Assembly: GCA_950072105.1 (NCBI GenBank)
Contig: CATMOE010000086.1
Span: 1 to 11,534 of the forward strand
Direction of reading: 5' to 3'
Length of the DNA stretch: 11,534 nucleotides
Source: an uncultured Dehalococcoidia bacterium
Lineage (GTDB): Bacteria > Chloroflexota > Dehalococcoidia > Lucifugimonadales > UBA3495
Positions 1 to 8,238 of the stretch are shown one piece after another. A program made the translations under genes and the position numbers. Under the pieces are notes generated by a model that searched no databases, was not told the origin of the DNA, and worked only from the letters and a program-made list of their open reading frames with translations. How positions within the stretch are numbered: the stretch's first letter is position 1; each line of letters begins with the position of its first letter.

Positions 1-573
1 CCTGCTATCACTCCTCGTCATCTTTTGTCCCTGGGGATGGTGTCGATCCTTGTGTGGGGCGAGACGGGTGATTCGGCGTTGGCCGGTTATGAAGACCTGG
101 CCGAGGCAAGCGCGAATCTTGACCTGCCGATCGTGAAACGGCTCGAGACCGTAAGGGGCAATGGCGAGACGCGGGTAGACCTGGACAGGGTTGAGGCGTC
201 GGTGCTGGGATTCGATGTCATCTCGTTCAGGGCCGATTTCGGCGGCGTCGAGACGGCAATCACGATGGACCCGATCGCTATAGACGACCCGGGCGCAGAT
301 GATGACCCACCGCCTGAGCCGTACTTCAAGCGCTTCAGCGTGGACGTTTTCGCCGTGCCGAATATTGGCGCGGAGCGGTACATATTCCAATTCCAGCTTC
401 CAAACACATGGCTAGCTGAGCACGAAATGGATCCAATGAAGGTCCGGGTCTGGACGAAGTCTCAGGAGTGGGCGCCTCTAGAGACATTCCACATCACCGA
501 CGAAGACGGGATATCTAACTTCCTCGGCTTTTCTCCGAAGGCCGGCGAGTTCGCTACCGGGGCTTTGCCGTAA
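1..573 (+). CDS. PGF-pre-PGF-like domain protein (possibly 5'-partial, putative secreted or surface protein)
   Basis: Frame is open from base 1 to TAA at 571-573. The C-terminal pattern F-x-L-P-x-x-W-L-x-E-H-x-M-D-P...W-x-P-L-E-T...D-E-D-G...F-S-P-x-x-x-x-F-A-T-G resembles my recollection of the PGF-pre-PGF domain consensus. There is a short hydrophobic N-terminal stretch. Judged by eye, no search run. Confidence 0.5.
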   Translation, partial: PAITPRHLLSLGMVSILVWGETGDSALAGYEDLAEASANLDLPIVKRLETVRGNGETRVDLDRVEASVLGFDVISFRADFGGVETAITMDPIAIDDPGADDDPPPEPYFKRFSVDVFAVPNIGAERYIFQFQLPNTWLAEHEMDPMKVRVWTKSQEWAPLETFHITDEDGISNFLGFSPKAGEFATGALP

Positions 574-779
574 GCGATGCCCCCTCGGGTCTCTTCTCCT
601 GACAAGAACTAGGGTCGCACCACGCTTCCGTCGGCACGACGCGGCGCGGACCACGCCCCGCGGCAACGCTAGTTCCGCCGGCCCCGCCCTCTCTCGGGGC
701 CACGCTCGCTGCGATCAGGCGGCCACCGCCGCCTCGCGCGATTCCCACTGGCACACCTTCCCCAAATGCGTGAAAAATC

Positions 780-1322
780 TTGCTGAGATTCCTTCGGGAC
801 AGGAGCACGGGGAAGACCGAGAAGGCGGTCGAGAAGACTCGGAGCGCCTGGCGCGGTCACCTATCTTCAATCTTCGGCGGCGGTCAGATCGACGACTCGG
901 TTTGGGACGAAATGGAAGAACTGCTCGTTTCGGCTGATGTGGGCATGGCGCCCTCCAGCCTGCTCGTGGATAGATCGAAGGAACGAGTCAAGAGCGACGG
1001 GGCTTCGTCGACAGTGGCGGCTATCGAGGCACTCAAGGACGAGATGGTCGACCTCCTGAGCCTTGACCGCGACGCCGCTCTTCTGGAACCGTCCGATGGT
1101 CCGCTCGCGATCCTCATGATCGGTGTAAACGGTGCCGGGAAGACGACGAGCATCGCCAAGCTGGTCCATCTGTTTCGCCAGCGGGGGAGTAGCGTCGTCA
1201 TAGGGGCCGCCGACACGTTTCGCGCCGCCGCCGTCGAACAGTTGGAAGTCTGGGCCCGACGGGTCGACGCGGACTTCGTCAGAGCGCGGCCCGGGTCTGA
1301 CCCGGCCGCCGTGGTGTTCGAC
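780..1322 (+). pseudogene. ftsY: FtsY N domain and first half of the G domain (truncated)
   Basis: N-domain motif EMEELLVSADVG, G1 GVNGAGKTTSIAKL, DTFRAAAVEQL and GSDPAAVVFD are present. The G3 DTAGR and G4 TKxD motifs are absent. Confidence 0.9.
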
Positions 1323-1976
1323 CTGCCGGACTTCCAGGTGGACGGCGAGATGATCCGAATGCGGGCCGCCGATGATCTGGCGGGTTGTGCCAGCATACTA
1401 GCGTCGCTGTCCGAATTGTCGGCACAAACACCGCCTGGGGACGTTTACGGAGTGTTCACCCGCGCCGAGGAAGTTGGTCTGATGGGCGCAAGGCTGTTGG
1501 CGGAGTCGGGCCTCTTGCCCAAGCAGACGTTGGTTGTGTCTTTGGAGTCCAGCCGCACCCTGCCCGGAGCAGAGCAAGGCAGCGGCCCGGTCATACGCGT
1601 TGGGGACGCTGGCATGACCTTTAACGCCGACGCTGAATCGGTATTGCTCAAGGCCAGAGAGACCCTGCAACTCCAAGAGGGGGGCTTCCGGGTGCAGCGG
1701 CAACTGATGAGCGGGGGCGTTTGCGAAGCCAGCGCCTTTGCCTTGTTCGGCTACCGCACCACGGGTATAGCTTTCCCATTGGGCAATTATCATAACGGAG
1801 CGCCCGACGGGACGATCCAAGCCGAGTACATCCACGTCGAAGACTTCCTTGGCGGAGTCCGGCTAATCGTGGAAGCAGCCCGGCAGATGCCTGAAAAGAA
1901 CAACATTGCTTTCAAGCAGAGACTAAGCCAGGTGCCTGATGACGTGAGGGAGAGGCTTGGCCGCAAACTAACTTAG
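780..1976 (+). CDS. Chimeric ORF: truncated FtsY (SRP receptor) fused in frame to the C-terminal part of an M20/M28/M42-type Zn peptidase
   Basis: Single uninterrupted 398-aa frame. aa 1-181 are FtsY-like and aa 182-398 are peptidase-like (see the two sub-features). Confidence 0.85.
   Translation: MLRFLRDRSTGKTEKAVEKTRSAWRGHLSSIFGGGQIDDSVWDEMEELLVSADVGMAPSSLLVDRSKERVKSDGASSTVAAIEALKDEMVDLLSLDRDAALLEPSDGPLAILMIGVNGAGKTTSIAKLVHLFRQRGSSVVIGAADTFRAAAVEQLEVWARRVDADFVRARPGSDPAAVVFDLPDFQVDGEMIRMRAADDLAGCASILASLSELSAQTPPGDVYGVFTRAEEVGLMGARLLAESGLLPKQTLVVSLESSRTLPGAEQGSGPVIRVGDAGMTFNADAESVLLKARETLQLQEGGFRVQRQLMSGGVCEASAFALFGYRTTGIAFPLGNYHNGAPDGTIQAEYIHVEDFLGGVRLIVEAARQMPEKNNIAFKQRLSQVPDDVRERLGRKLT
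1311..1976 (+). pseudogene. C-terminal part of an M20/M28/M42-family metallohydrolase (N-terminus missing)
   Basis: RAADDLAG (metal-binding Asp), FTRAEEVGLMGA (EE motif), VSLESS, GGVCEA and LGNYHN (final His) are present. The N-terminal HxD motif is absent. Confidence 0.8.
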
Positions 1977-1995
1977 CTTAGTCTGGCCGGCCTAG

Positions 1996-3027
1996 CTAGA
2001 CACCAACCACCCGCACCCGGTGGTTATTGCTGTCGGCTATGTAGATATTGCCTTGGGCGTCCACGTCCGCGCCGTGGGGACGGTCCATCCCCGCGTTCAC
2101 AGCGTCTCCGCCATCCCCTTCTCCGCCCTTATGACCGCCAGCCACGGTGGTGACGATTCCGGTGGAGACATCTATCTTGCGTATGGCGTGGTTCTCGGTG
2201 TCTACCACCACGATGTTATCCTGGGCGTCGCACCGGATGGCTTTGGGTCCGTTCCAGGTGGATGCCAGCGCGGGTCCACCGTCGCCGGAATAGCCCTTTT
2301 CGCCGGTCCCCGCGAAGGTTGACATGATTCCGTTGGCGTCTATCTTCCGGACCCCGTGGCCCTCACGCTCGCAGACGTAGGTGTTGCCCTTGCTGTCCAT
2401 GCAAACGGCCCTGGAACCGAAAAAGCTGGCTTGGGCCGCGGGACTTCCGTCGCCGGCCCGGACTTTTTCACCATTTCCAGCGAAAGTGGTGATGATGCCG
2501 GTTGCCAGGTCCAAGCGGCGTATTCTCTGATCCTGGATGTCGGCGATGAGCAATCCGCCCTTACCGTCAAGGAAAGCGTCGTTGGGCTCTCTCAGCTGGG
2601 CCTCGTTGCCGGGGCCGCCGTCGCCGCTGTATCCCGGCTCTCCGGTGCCGGCCACGGTGGTGATTATCCCGGTGGCGGCTGCGATCTTGCGAACGGCGGC
2701 GTTAAGCCTGTCGACGATGTAGATGTCGCCGTTGGTGTCGACGCACAGGGAATATATCTGGTTGACCGTCGCTTGCAGCGCGGGGCCCCTGTCGCCGGAA
2801 TACCCCTCGGCCCCCGTACCCACAACGGTGGTAATCACGCCGGTGGTAGCGTCGACGCGGCGGACGGTGTGGCCCTTGGCCTGACCAAAATACATGTTTC
2901 CTTGCTGATCGAAGTCGCACATGAAGGGGTCATTGATCAACGCCCACTCAGCCAGCCCGCCGTCGCCGCTATAACCGGGCTCGCCGGTACCGGCGACGGT
3001 CTGAATGATGCCTTTGGTGATGTTCAT
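1996..3027 (-). CDS. NHL-repeat six-bladed beta-propeller protein
   Basis: Six roughly 56-aa repeats with TvAGtGexGYSGDGGxA motifs and NIYIADSNNHRVR-type strands. AAGGGG RBS upstream of the ATG. No signal peptide. Confidence 0.92.
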   Translation of the reverse strand: MNITKGIIQTVAGTGEPGYSGDGGLAEWALINDPFMCDFDQQGNMYFGQAKGHTVRRVDATTGVITTVVGTGAEGYSGDRGPALQATVNQIYSLCVDTNGDIYIVDRLNAAVRKIAAATGIITTVAGTGEPGYSGDGGPGNEAQLREPNDAFLDGKGGLLIADIQDQRIRRLDLATGIITTFAGNGEKVRAGDGSPAAQASFFGSRAVCMDSKGNTYVCEREGHGVRKIDANGIMSTFAGTGEKGYSGDGGPALASTWNGPKAIRCDAQDNIVVVDTENHAIRKIDVSTGIVTTVAGGHKGGEGDGGDAVNAGMDRPHGADVDAQGNIYIADSNNHRVRVVGV

Positions 3028-3062
3028 GTTTTCCCCTTGAGTGACGATGGATTGGTGTGGCG

Positions 3063-3100
3063 GGGGGAATCCCCCTCGGTCCCCCTTTACGAAAGGGGGA
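3063..3100. repeat. Double GC-rich palindrome (REP-like or terminator-like hairpin)
   Basis: GGGGG-AAT-CCCCC at 3063-3075, then TCCCCCTTT-ACG-AAAGGGGGA at 3080-3100 (9-bp perfect stem). Confidence 0.6.
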
Positions 3101-3131
3101 AGATAGGCGTATTGGCTTCAAAGAATTGGTA

Positions 3132-4069
<938 letters not shown>

Positions 4070-4090
4070 TATCGCTCCTTCGTCGCCAGT

Positions 4091-4227
4091 TGTCAGCAAT
4101 CAGCCTTCAGCGCTCAGCGAACCATTACCCCCTATCTCTCGCGGCTAAGGCGAGTCAGATCCCAAAACGGGGTTCACGCCTCTAAATTGGGAGGGGGCTG
4201 AAAGCTGATTGCTGTTCGCTGATCGCT
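4091..4227. repeat. Inverted degenerate heptamer arrays flanking a 78-bp spacer
   Basis: TGTCAGC AATCAGC CTTCAGC GCTCAGC (4091-4118) and GCTGAAA GCTGATT GCTGTTC GCTGATC GCT (4197-4227). Confidence 0.85.
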
Positions 4228-4231
4228 CCGG

Positions 4232-4657
4232 TCAGGCCGAGAGGCCCAGGGCCTGCAAGCCCACTTTGGCAATGGCTTCATCGTCCTCGGCGGCCAGCCC
4301 GCTGACTCCGATGCCGCCCAAAATCGCCCCAGAACTTGGGTGCAGTACGGTCACGCCCCCCTGAACGGCGGCCAGCATGGGGTCTCCCATCTCGGCCACG
4401 GTACGGCCCTGGCTGGCCATTCGGGCGGCATAGTCCTTGGAATCCTGGCCGGAGATAGCGCAGGTGTAGGCCTTACGCATAGCCATGCGCTGGGGACCCT
4501 TTCGGCACCGGTCCATCCGGGCGAAATCCATGATATCGCCATTGTCGTCGACGATGGCGATGGCGACGGGATGGGCTAGATCTTGGGTGGCTTTATCCAG
4601 CATTGCTTCCATGGCGCTTCGTGTCTGGTCCAAGCTGAGCATAGGCTTGTCGTACAT
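4232..4657 (-). CDS. GlcG/HbpS family heme-binding protein (DUF336)
   Basis: PVAIAIVDDNG, FARMD, AMRKAYT, GGV and GGIGVSGLAAEDDEAIA are the family motifs. Confidence 0.9.
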   Translation of the reverse strand: MYDKPMLSLDQTRSAMEAMLDKATQDLAHPVAIAIVDDNGDIMDFARMDRCRKGPQRMAMRKAYTCAISGQDSKDYAARMASQGRTVAEMGDPMLAAVQGGVTVLHPSSGAILGGIGVSGLAAEDDEAIAKVGLQALGLSA

Positions 4658-4686
4658 GAGAAATCCCCTGTAGGCAGGATTGGGTA

Positions 4687-4715
4687 ATTCTACACTTGGG
4701 GGCTATGGGGGGCAA
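4687..4715 (-). promoter_or_regulatory. Sigma70-type promoter for the GlcG-like gene (possibly GlcG-deacetylase-NHL operon)
   Basis: Minus strand reads TTGCCC-N17-TAGAAT, about 30 nt upstream of the ATG. Confidence 0.6.
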
Positions 4716-4754
4716 GGGAAGCGAAGGAGGGAGGGGATGTCTAACCGAGAAAGG

Positions 4755-4961
4755 CTATCGGGGCGCCGCTGATACTTGTTGGGACGGGCACTTGACGTCC
4801 CCGAAGGAACAAAAGACACAGCAGTCGTTCGCGTTGGGACGCAGAACGGTATGGCAGTTGGCGCATTCGTGGAAGAACTGGCATGCGTCAGTAGGCATCT
4901 CTAAGTCTTCCGAGAAGCCGCAATGTGGGCATGTCAGTTTGGAATCCTTGGTAGGTTGCAT
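4755..4961 (-). CDS. GDCCVxC-domain small Cys-rich protein
   Basis: LTCPHCG...MPTDACQFFHECANCHTVLRP-x-x-NDCCVFCSFGDVKCP matches the family pattern. Confidence 0.88.
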   Translation of the reverse strand: MQPTKDSKLTCPHCGFSEDLEMPTDACQFFHECANCHTVLRPNANDCCVFCSFGDVKCPSQQVSAAPR

Positions 4962-5041
4962 GAGATTTCCCTTTCCGGATGCTAGACGAGGCTACTCGCC
5001 CGGTGCCGGGTGATGGTTGTGACCCACCAAGTTGGATGCCC

Positions 5042-5971
5042 CTAGCCGAGGAGGGATTCGGCTTTCTCGAACATCCCCGCGGGTGCCAGGCCGGGGAAGC
5101 GGTCCGGGTACATGGCTTCGGCCAGTCCTTCCATAACGTCGATAACTCTGGGACCGTGGCGGCTAGGGATGCGGCCGTCGAACAGGAAGACTTGTTCCTG
5201 TTGTACCGCCGATAGCGTGGTCCAATCAGGTAGAGAGGTCAGCCATCCGGATGTTTCCGCGGATATCCGGGACGGCTCGAAGGCGCAGGGCATGACCATC
5301 AAGTATTCAGGCTGGTAGTCCAGAACCTCCCGCCATTGAATCTCGCGGGATTTGCCCCATTTTTCGGCCAGTCCCTCCAGGCCTCCGGCCAGCTCCACCA
5401 GTTCGGGGACCCATTGCCCGGTGTTGCGTAGCGGTTCCAGCCAGTCGACACAGAAGACCCTGGGCCGAAGCTCGATGTCTTGGAGTCCGCCGGTCACGTG
5501 GTCCATCCGGCGGCGCAAATCATCCACCAAGTCTTGTGCTCGCTGGGGAACCTGGGCCGCCTGGCCGACGTTTAAGATATTCTGGAAGATGTCATCCAAT
5601 CCGGCGGGCCGCACGGTAATTATTTCCGGCTGATAGTCTAAGACCTTGGCGGCGGTCTCGAATACTGATCCACTGCCGATGGCGCAAACTTCGCATAATT
5701 CCTGGGTGATAATCAGGTCCGGCTGGAGCTCTCGAAGCAAGTCGCCATCGATCCAGTAAAGGGGGTTATTGTTGGTTCGGGCCTGCTGGATGATAGCGTC
5801 TATCTCCGAGCTTTCCAGGTGGCGGATATTCCTCAAGCTACGGCTGACCACCGGCTTTTCGCCGACCGTCTCCGGGTAGTCGCAGGTATGGGACACGCCC
5901 ACCAACTGGTCTTCCAGACCCAGGGCGCACACCATTTCGGTGGCGCTGGGAAGCAACGAGCATATGCGCAT
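5042..5971 (-). CDS. BtuF-like cobalamin/Fe-siderophore substrate-binding protein (helical-backbone family)
   Basis: MRICSLLPSATEMVCALG, LVGVSHTCDYP, PDLIITQELCEVCA, GQWVPELVELAGG and SRHGPRV. ATG at 5971 has GAGG upstream. Confidence 0.88.
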   Translation of the reverse strand: MRICSLLPSATEMVCALGLEDQLVGVSHTCDYPETVGEKPVVSRSLRNIRHLESSEIDAIIQQARTNNNPLYWIDGDLLRELQPDLIITQELCEVCAIGSGSVFETAAKVLDYQPEIITVRPAGLDDIFQNILNVGQAAQVPQRAQDLVDDLRRRMDHVTGGLQDIELRPRVFCVDWLEPLRNTGQWVPELVELAGGLEGLAEKWGKSREIQWREVLDYQPEYLMVMPCAFEPSRISAETSGWLTSLPDWTTLSAVQQEQVFLFDGRIPSRHGPRVIDVMEGLAEAMYPDRFPGLAPAGMFEKAESLLG

Positions 5972-5999
5972 CAACTAGGCCTCTTCAAGTGATGGAGCC

Positions 6000-6028
6000 A
6001 GTATAGGCGGCATCACCGAGCCTATCAA
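6000..6028 (-). promoter_or_regulatory. Sigma70-type promoter for the BtuF-like gene
   Basis: Minus strand reads TTGATA-N17-TATACT. Confidence 0.7.
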
Positions 6029-6040
6029 GGACAAGCAAGC

Positions 6041-6061
6041 GATCAGCTTTCAGTTGTCAGC
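6041..6061. repeat. Degenerate heptamer array (3 copies)
   Basis: GATCAGC TTTCAGT TGTCAGC, located between two divergent promoters. Confidence 0.7.
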
Positions 6062-6122
6062 CTGGCCGTGTCGCAAAGTCAAAAGGGAAACCGAAATGCT
6101 CATAGCCTGCGCTACTACGTCG

Positions 6123-6151
6123 TTGAGGGCGTTGATGGCCCGTGCTAGAAT
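6123..6151 (+). promoter_or_regulatory. Sigma70-type promoter for folD-queA
   Basis: TTGAGG-N17-TAGAAT, with an extended -10 TG at 6143-6144. Confidence 0.6.
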
Positions 6152-6180
6152 TGGCATGGCAAAATGGGGGAGATTCGTTT

Positions 6181-7071
6181 TTGGTAAAAATACTGGACGG
6201 GCGGACACTGGCCAAAGAAATCCGCGCCGAAGTGGCGGTGGGTGTGGCCGAATTGCTCCAGAAACACCAGGTCAATCCAGGCCTGGCCGCAGTGCTGGTT
6301 GGCGACGACCCGGCGTCGGCTATCTACGTCCGCAATAAGCGCAGAGCCTGCGACGAAGTCGGCATGTTCAGCGAGACATTTACTCTGCCGTATATGGCGA
6401 CACAGGCGGCGCTGATAGATAAATTGCAGGAACTGAATGCCGACCATCGCTTCCACGGCATCCTGGTCCAGCTACCGCTACCGACCCACTTCGACGAATA
6501 TGCCGTGATTGAGACTTTGCTTCCCCAAAAGGACGTGGATGGTCTGCACCCTTATAACGTGGGAAAGCTGACCCAGGGCCGACCCGACTACATTCCCGGC
6601 ACGCCGGCGGGTATACAGCAGTTGTTGGTGCGCAACGGATACGACCCCGAGGGAAAAAACGTCGTCATCTGCGGCCGCAGCAATATCGTGGGTAAGCCCC
6701 TGGCCAACCTATTGATGAATCGCCGGCCGTGGTCGAACGCCACCGTCACCGTGTGCCATACCCGTACTAAGAACCTCTCGGAAATCACTTCGCAAGCCGA
6801 CATTCTGGTGGCGGCGATGGGCCAGCCGTTGGGTATAACCGCCGATATGGTCAAGGAAGGGGCGGTGGTCGTCGACGTGGGCATCAACCGGGTGGTGGAC
6901 ACCGACCGTAAACAAGGCTACCGCCTGGTAGGAGACGTTGATTTCGAGGCAGTGTCCGAAAAGGTCGAAGCCATCACTCCGGTACCAGGTGGCGTGGGTC
7001 CAATGACTATCGCCATGCTCCTCGTCAACGCTCTAACCGCTGCTAGGCTGACGATGGAAAACGAGGAATAG
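6181..7071 (+). CDS. folD: Bifunctional methylenetetrahydrofolate dehydrogenase/cyclohydrolase
   Basis: ILDGRTLA, PGLAAVLVGDDPASAIYVRNK, GILVQLPLP, KDVDGLHP, GRSNIVGKP and ITPVPGGVGPMTIAMLL. TTG at 6181 has a GGGGGAG RBS; the ORF-track start at 6142 overlaps the predicted promoter. Confidence 0.97.
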   Translation: MVKILDGRTLAKEIRAEVAVGVAELLQKHQVNPGLAAVLVGDDPASAIYVRNKRRACDEVGMFSETFTLPYMATQAALIDKLQELNADHRFHGILVQLPLPTHFDEYAVIETLLPQKDVDGLHPYNVGKLTQGRPDYIPGTPAGIQQLLVRNGYDPEGKNVVICGRSNIVGKPLANLLMNRRPWSNATVTVCHTRTKNLSEITSQADILVAAMGQPLGITADMVKEGAVVVDVGINRVVDTDRKQGYRLVGDVDFEAVSEKVEAITPVPGGVGPMTIAMLLVNALTAARLTMENEE

Positions 7072-7073
7072 CG

Positions 7074-7134
7074 GCTATCAGCATTCAGCCTTCAGGAACG
7101 GACGAATAACGCTGAAAGCTGACCGCTGAAAGCT
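7074..7134. repeat. Inverted degenerate heptamer arrays with a 14-bp loop
   Basis: TATCAGC ATTCAGC CTTCAGG (7076-7096), then GCTGAAA GCTGACC GCTGAAA GCT (7111-7134). Confidence 0.88.
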
Positions 7135-7143
7135 CTCCACCCC

Positions 7144-8202
7144 ATGCGTACCAGCGACTTCGACTATCATCTTCCCCAGGACCTTATCGCCCAGACTCCC
7201 ATTGAGCCCAGGGACGCTTCTCGCTTATTGGTGTTGGATCGGGGAACCGGGCGTCTTCAGCACAAGCATTTCCATCAGATCATTGAGTACCTCCGTGCGG
7301 GCGACGTCATGGTGTTCAACCAGAGCCGGGTCATCCCCGCCAGGCTGCGAGGGCGGCGGACCGACACCGGCGGCAAGGTGGAATTTCTGCTATTGAAGCG
7401 GGAGAGTCCGCGGGTGTGGCAAGCTTTGGCCCGGCCGGGTCGCCGCCTAAAAGCGGGAGCGACCGTGACCTTGGAGCAGGCCGGGCACATCAGAGTTGAA
7501 TCAACACCCGCCGCCTTCGACGTGGAAGTGTTGGATTCTGGTGAGGACGGAATCAAAACTATCCGGTTGCTCAACGAGGACGATATAGACCGCTTTGGTG
7601 TGATGCCCCTTCCGCCTTACATCCATGACAGGCTGGAGGACCCGGAGCGATACCAGACGGTGTACGCGCGTCAACCCGGCAGCGCCGCGGCGCCTACCGC
7701 CGGCCTGCATTTTACTCAAGACCTGCTGGACGGCCTAGCGTCGCACGGGGTTGAATCGACGTTCGTCACGCTGCACGTTGGACTGGACACGTTCCGCCCC
7801 GTACAGGAAGAAGATCCTAGCCAGCACCGGATACACACCGAATACTACGAGCTAAGCCAGGAAACCGCTGACGTGTTAAACCGCGCCCGGAGCGAGGGCC
7901 GCCGCATAATCGCCGTGGGGACGACCTCGGTGCGCGTGCTGGAGCACACGGCCCAAGAGATGGAACGACAAGGCCGGGAGCAGCTGGCCGAGTGTCAGGG
8001 CCAGGCCGATCTATTCATCATGCCGGGCCACCGGTTTCGTATGGTGGACGCCATGGTGACCAACTTCCACCTGCCCCGCTCCACCCTGCTGATGCTGGTC
8101 TCGGCCTTCGCCAACCGGGAAACAATATTGGCCGCCTACCAAGCCGCCATTCGAGAACGGTATAGGTTCTACAGCTTTGGGGATGCGATGTTTATAATTT
8201 AG
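7144..8202 (+). CDS. queA: S-adenosylmethionine:tRNA ribosyltransferase-isomerase
   Basis: SDFDYHLP..LIAQTP, RDASRLLVL, PLPPYI, RYQTVYA, AAPTAGLHF, TLHVGLDTF, AVGTTSVR, TNFHLPRSTL and YRFYSFGDAM. Confidence 0.98.
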   Translation: MRTSDFDYHLPQDLIAQTPIEPRDASRLLVLDRGTGRLQHKHFHQIIEYLRAGDVMVFNQSRVIPARLRGRRTDTGGKVEFLLLKRESPRVWQALARPGRRLKAGATVTLEQAGHIRVESTPAAFDVEVLDSGEDGIKTIRLLNEDDIDRFGVMPLPPYIHDRLEDPERYQTVYARQPGSAAAPTAGLHFTQDLLDGLASHGVESTFVTLHVGLDTFRPVQEEDPSQHRIHTEYYELSQETADVLNRARSEGRRIIAVGTTSVRVLEHTAQEMERQGREQLAECQGQADLFIMPGHRFRMVDAMVTNFHLPRSTLLMLVSAFANRETILAAYQAAIRERYRFYSFGDAMFII

Positions 8203-8238
8203 CAAATAGGCAGGGGCAGATGTACTGGAGGTGAGCCG

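Noticed and set aside
574..779. SRP RNA (ffs) next to ftsY
   Set aside because: No helix-8 motif (CAGG-x-C-GNRA-GG-AGCAG-like) found on either strand; kept only as an unassigned structured region.
4070..4099. N-terminal extension of the deacetylase from the ORF-track start at 4099
   Set aside because: That start lies inside the heptamer array; the ATG at 4069 has a strong AAGGAG RBS.
5975..6180. Cobalamin riboswitch before the BtuF-like gene, or ZTP/THF riboswitch before folD
   Set aside because: Predicted promoters sit only about 30 nt from each start, leaving no room, and no consensus motifs were seen.
7072..7143. preQ1 riboswitch before queA
   Set aside because: No preQ1 consensus; the spacer is explained by the inverted heptamer array.
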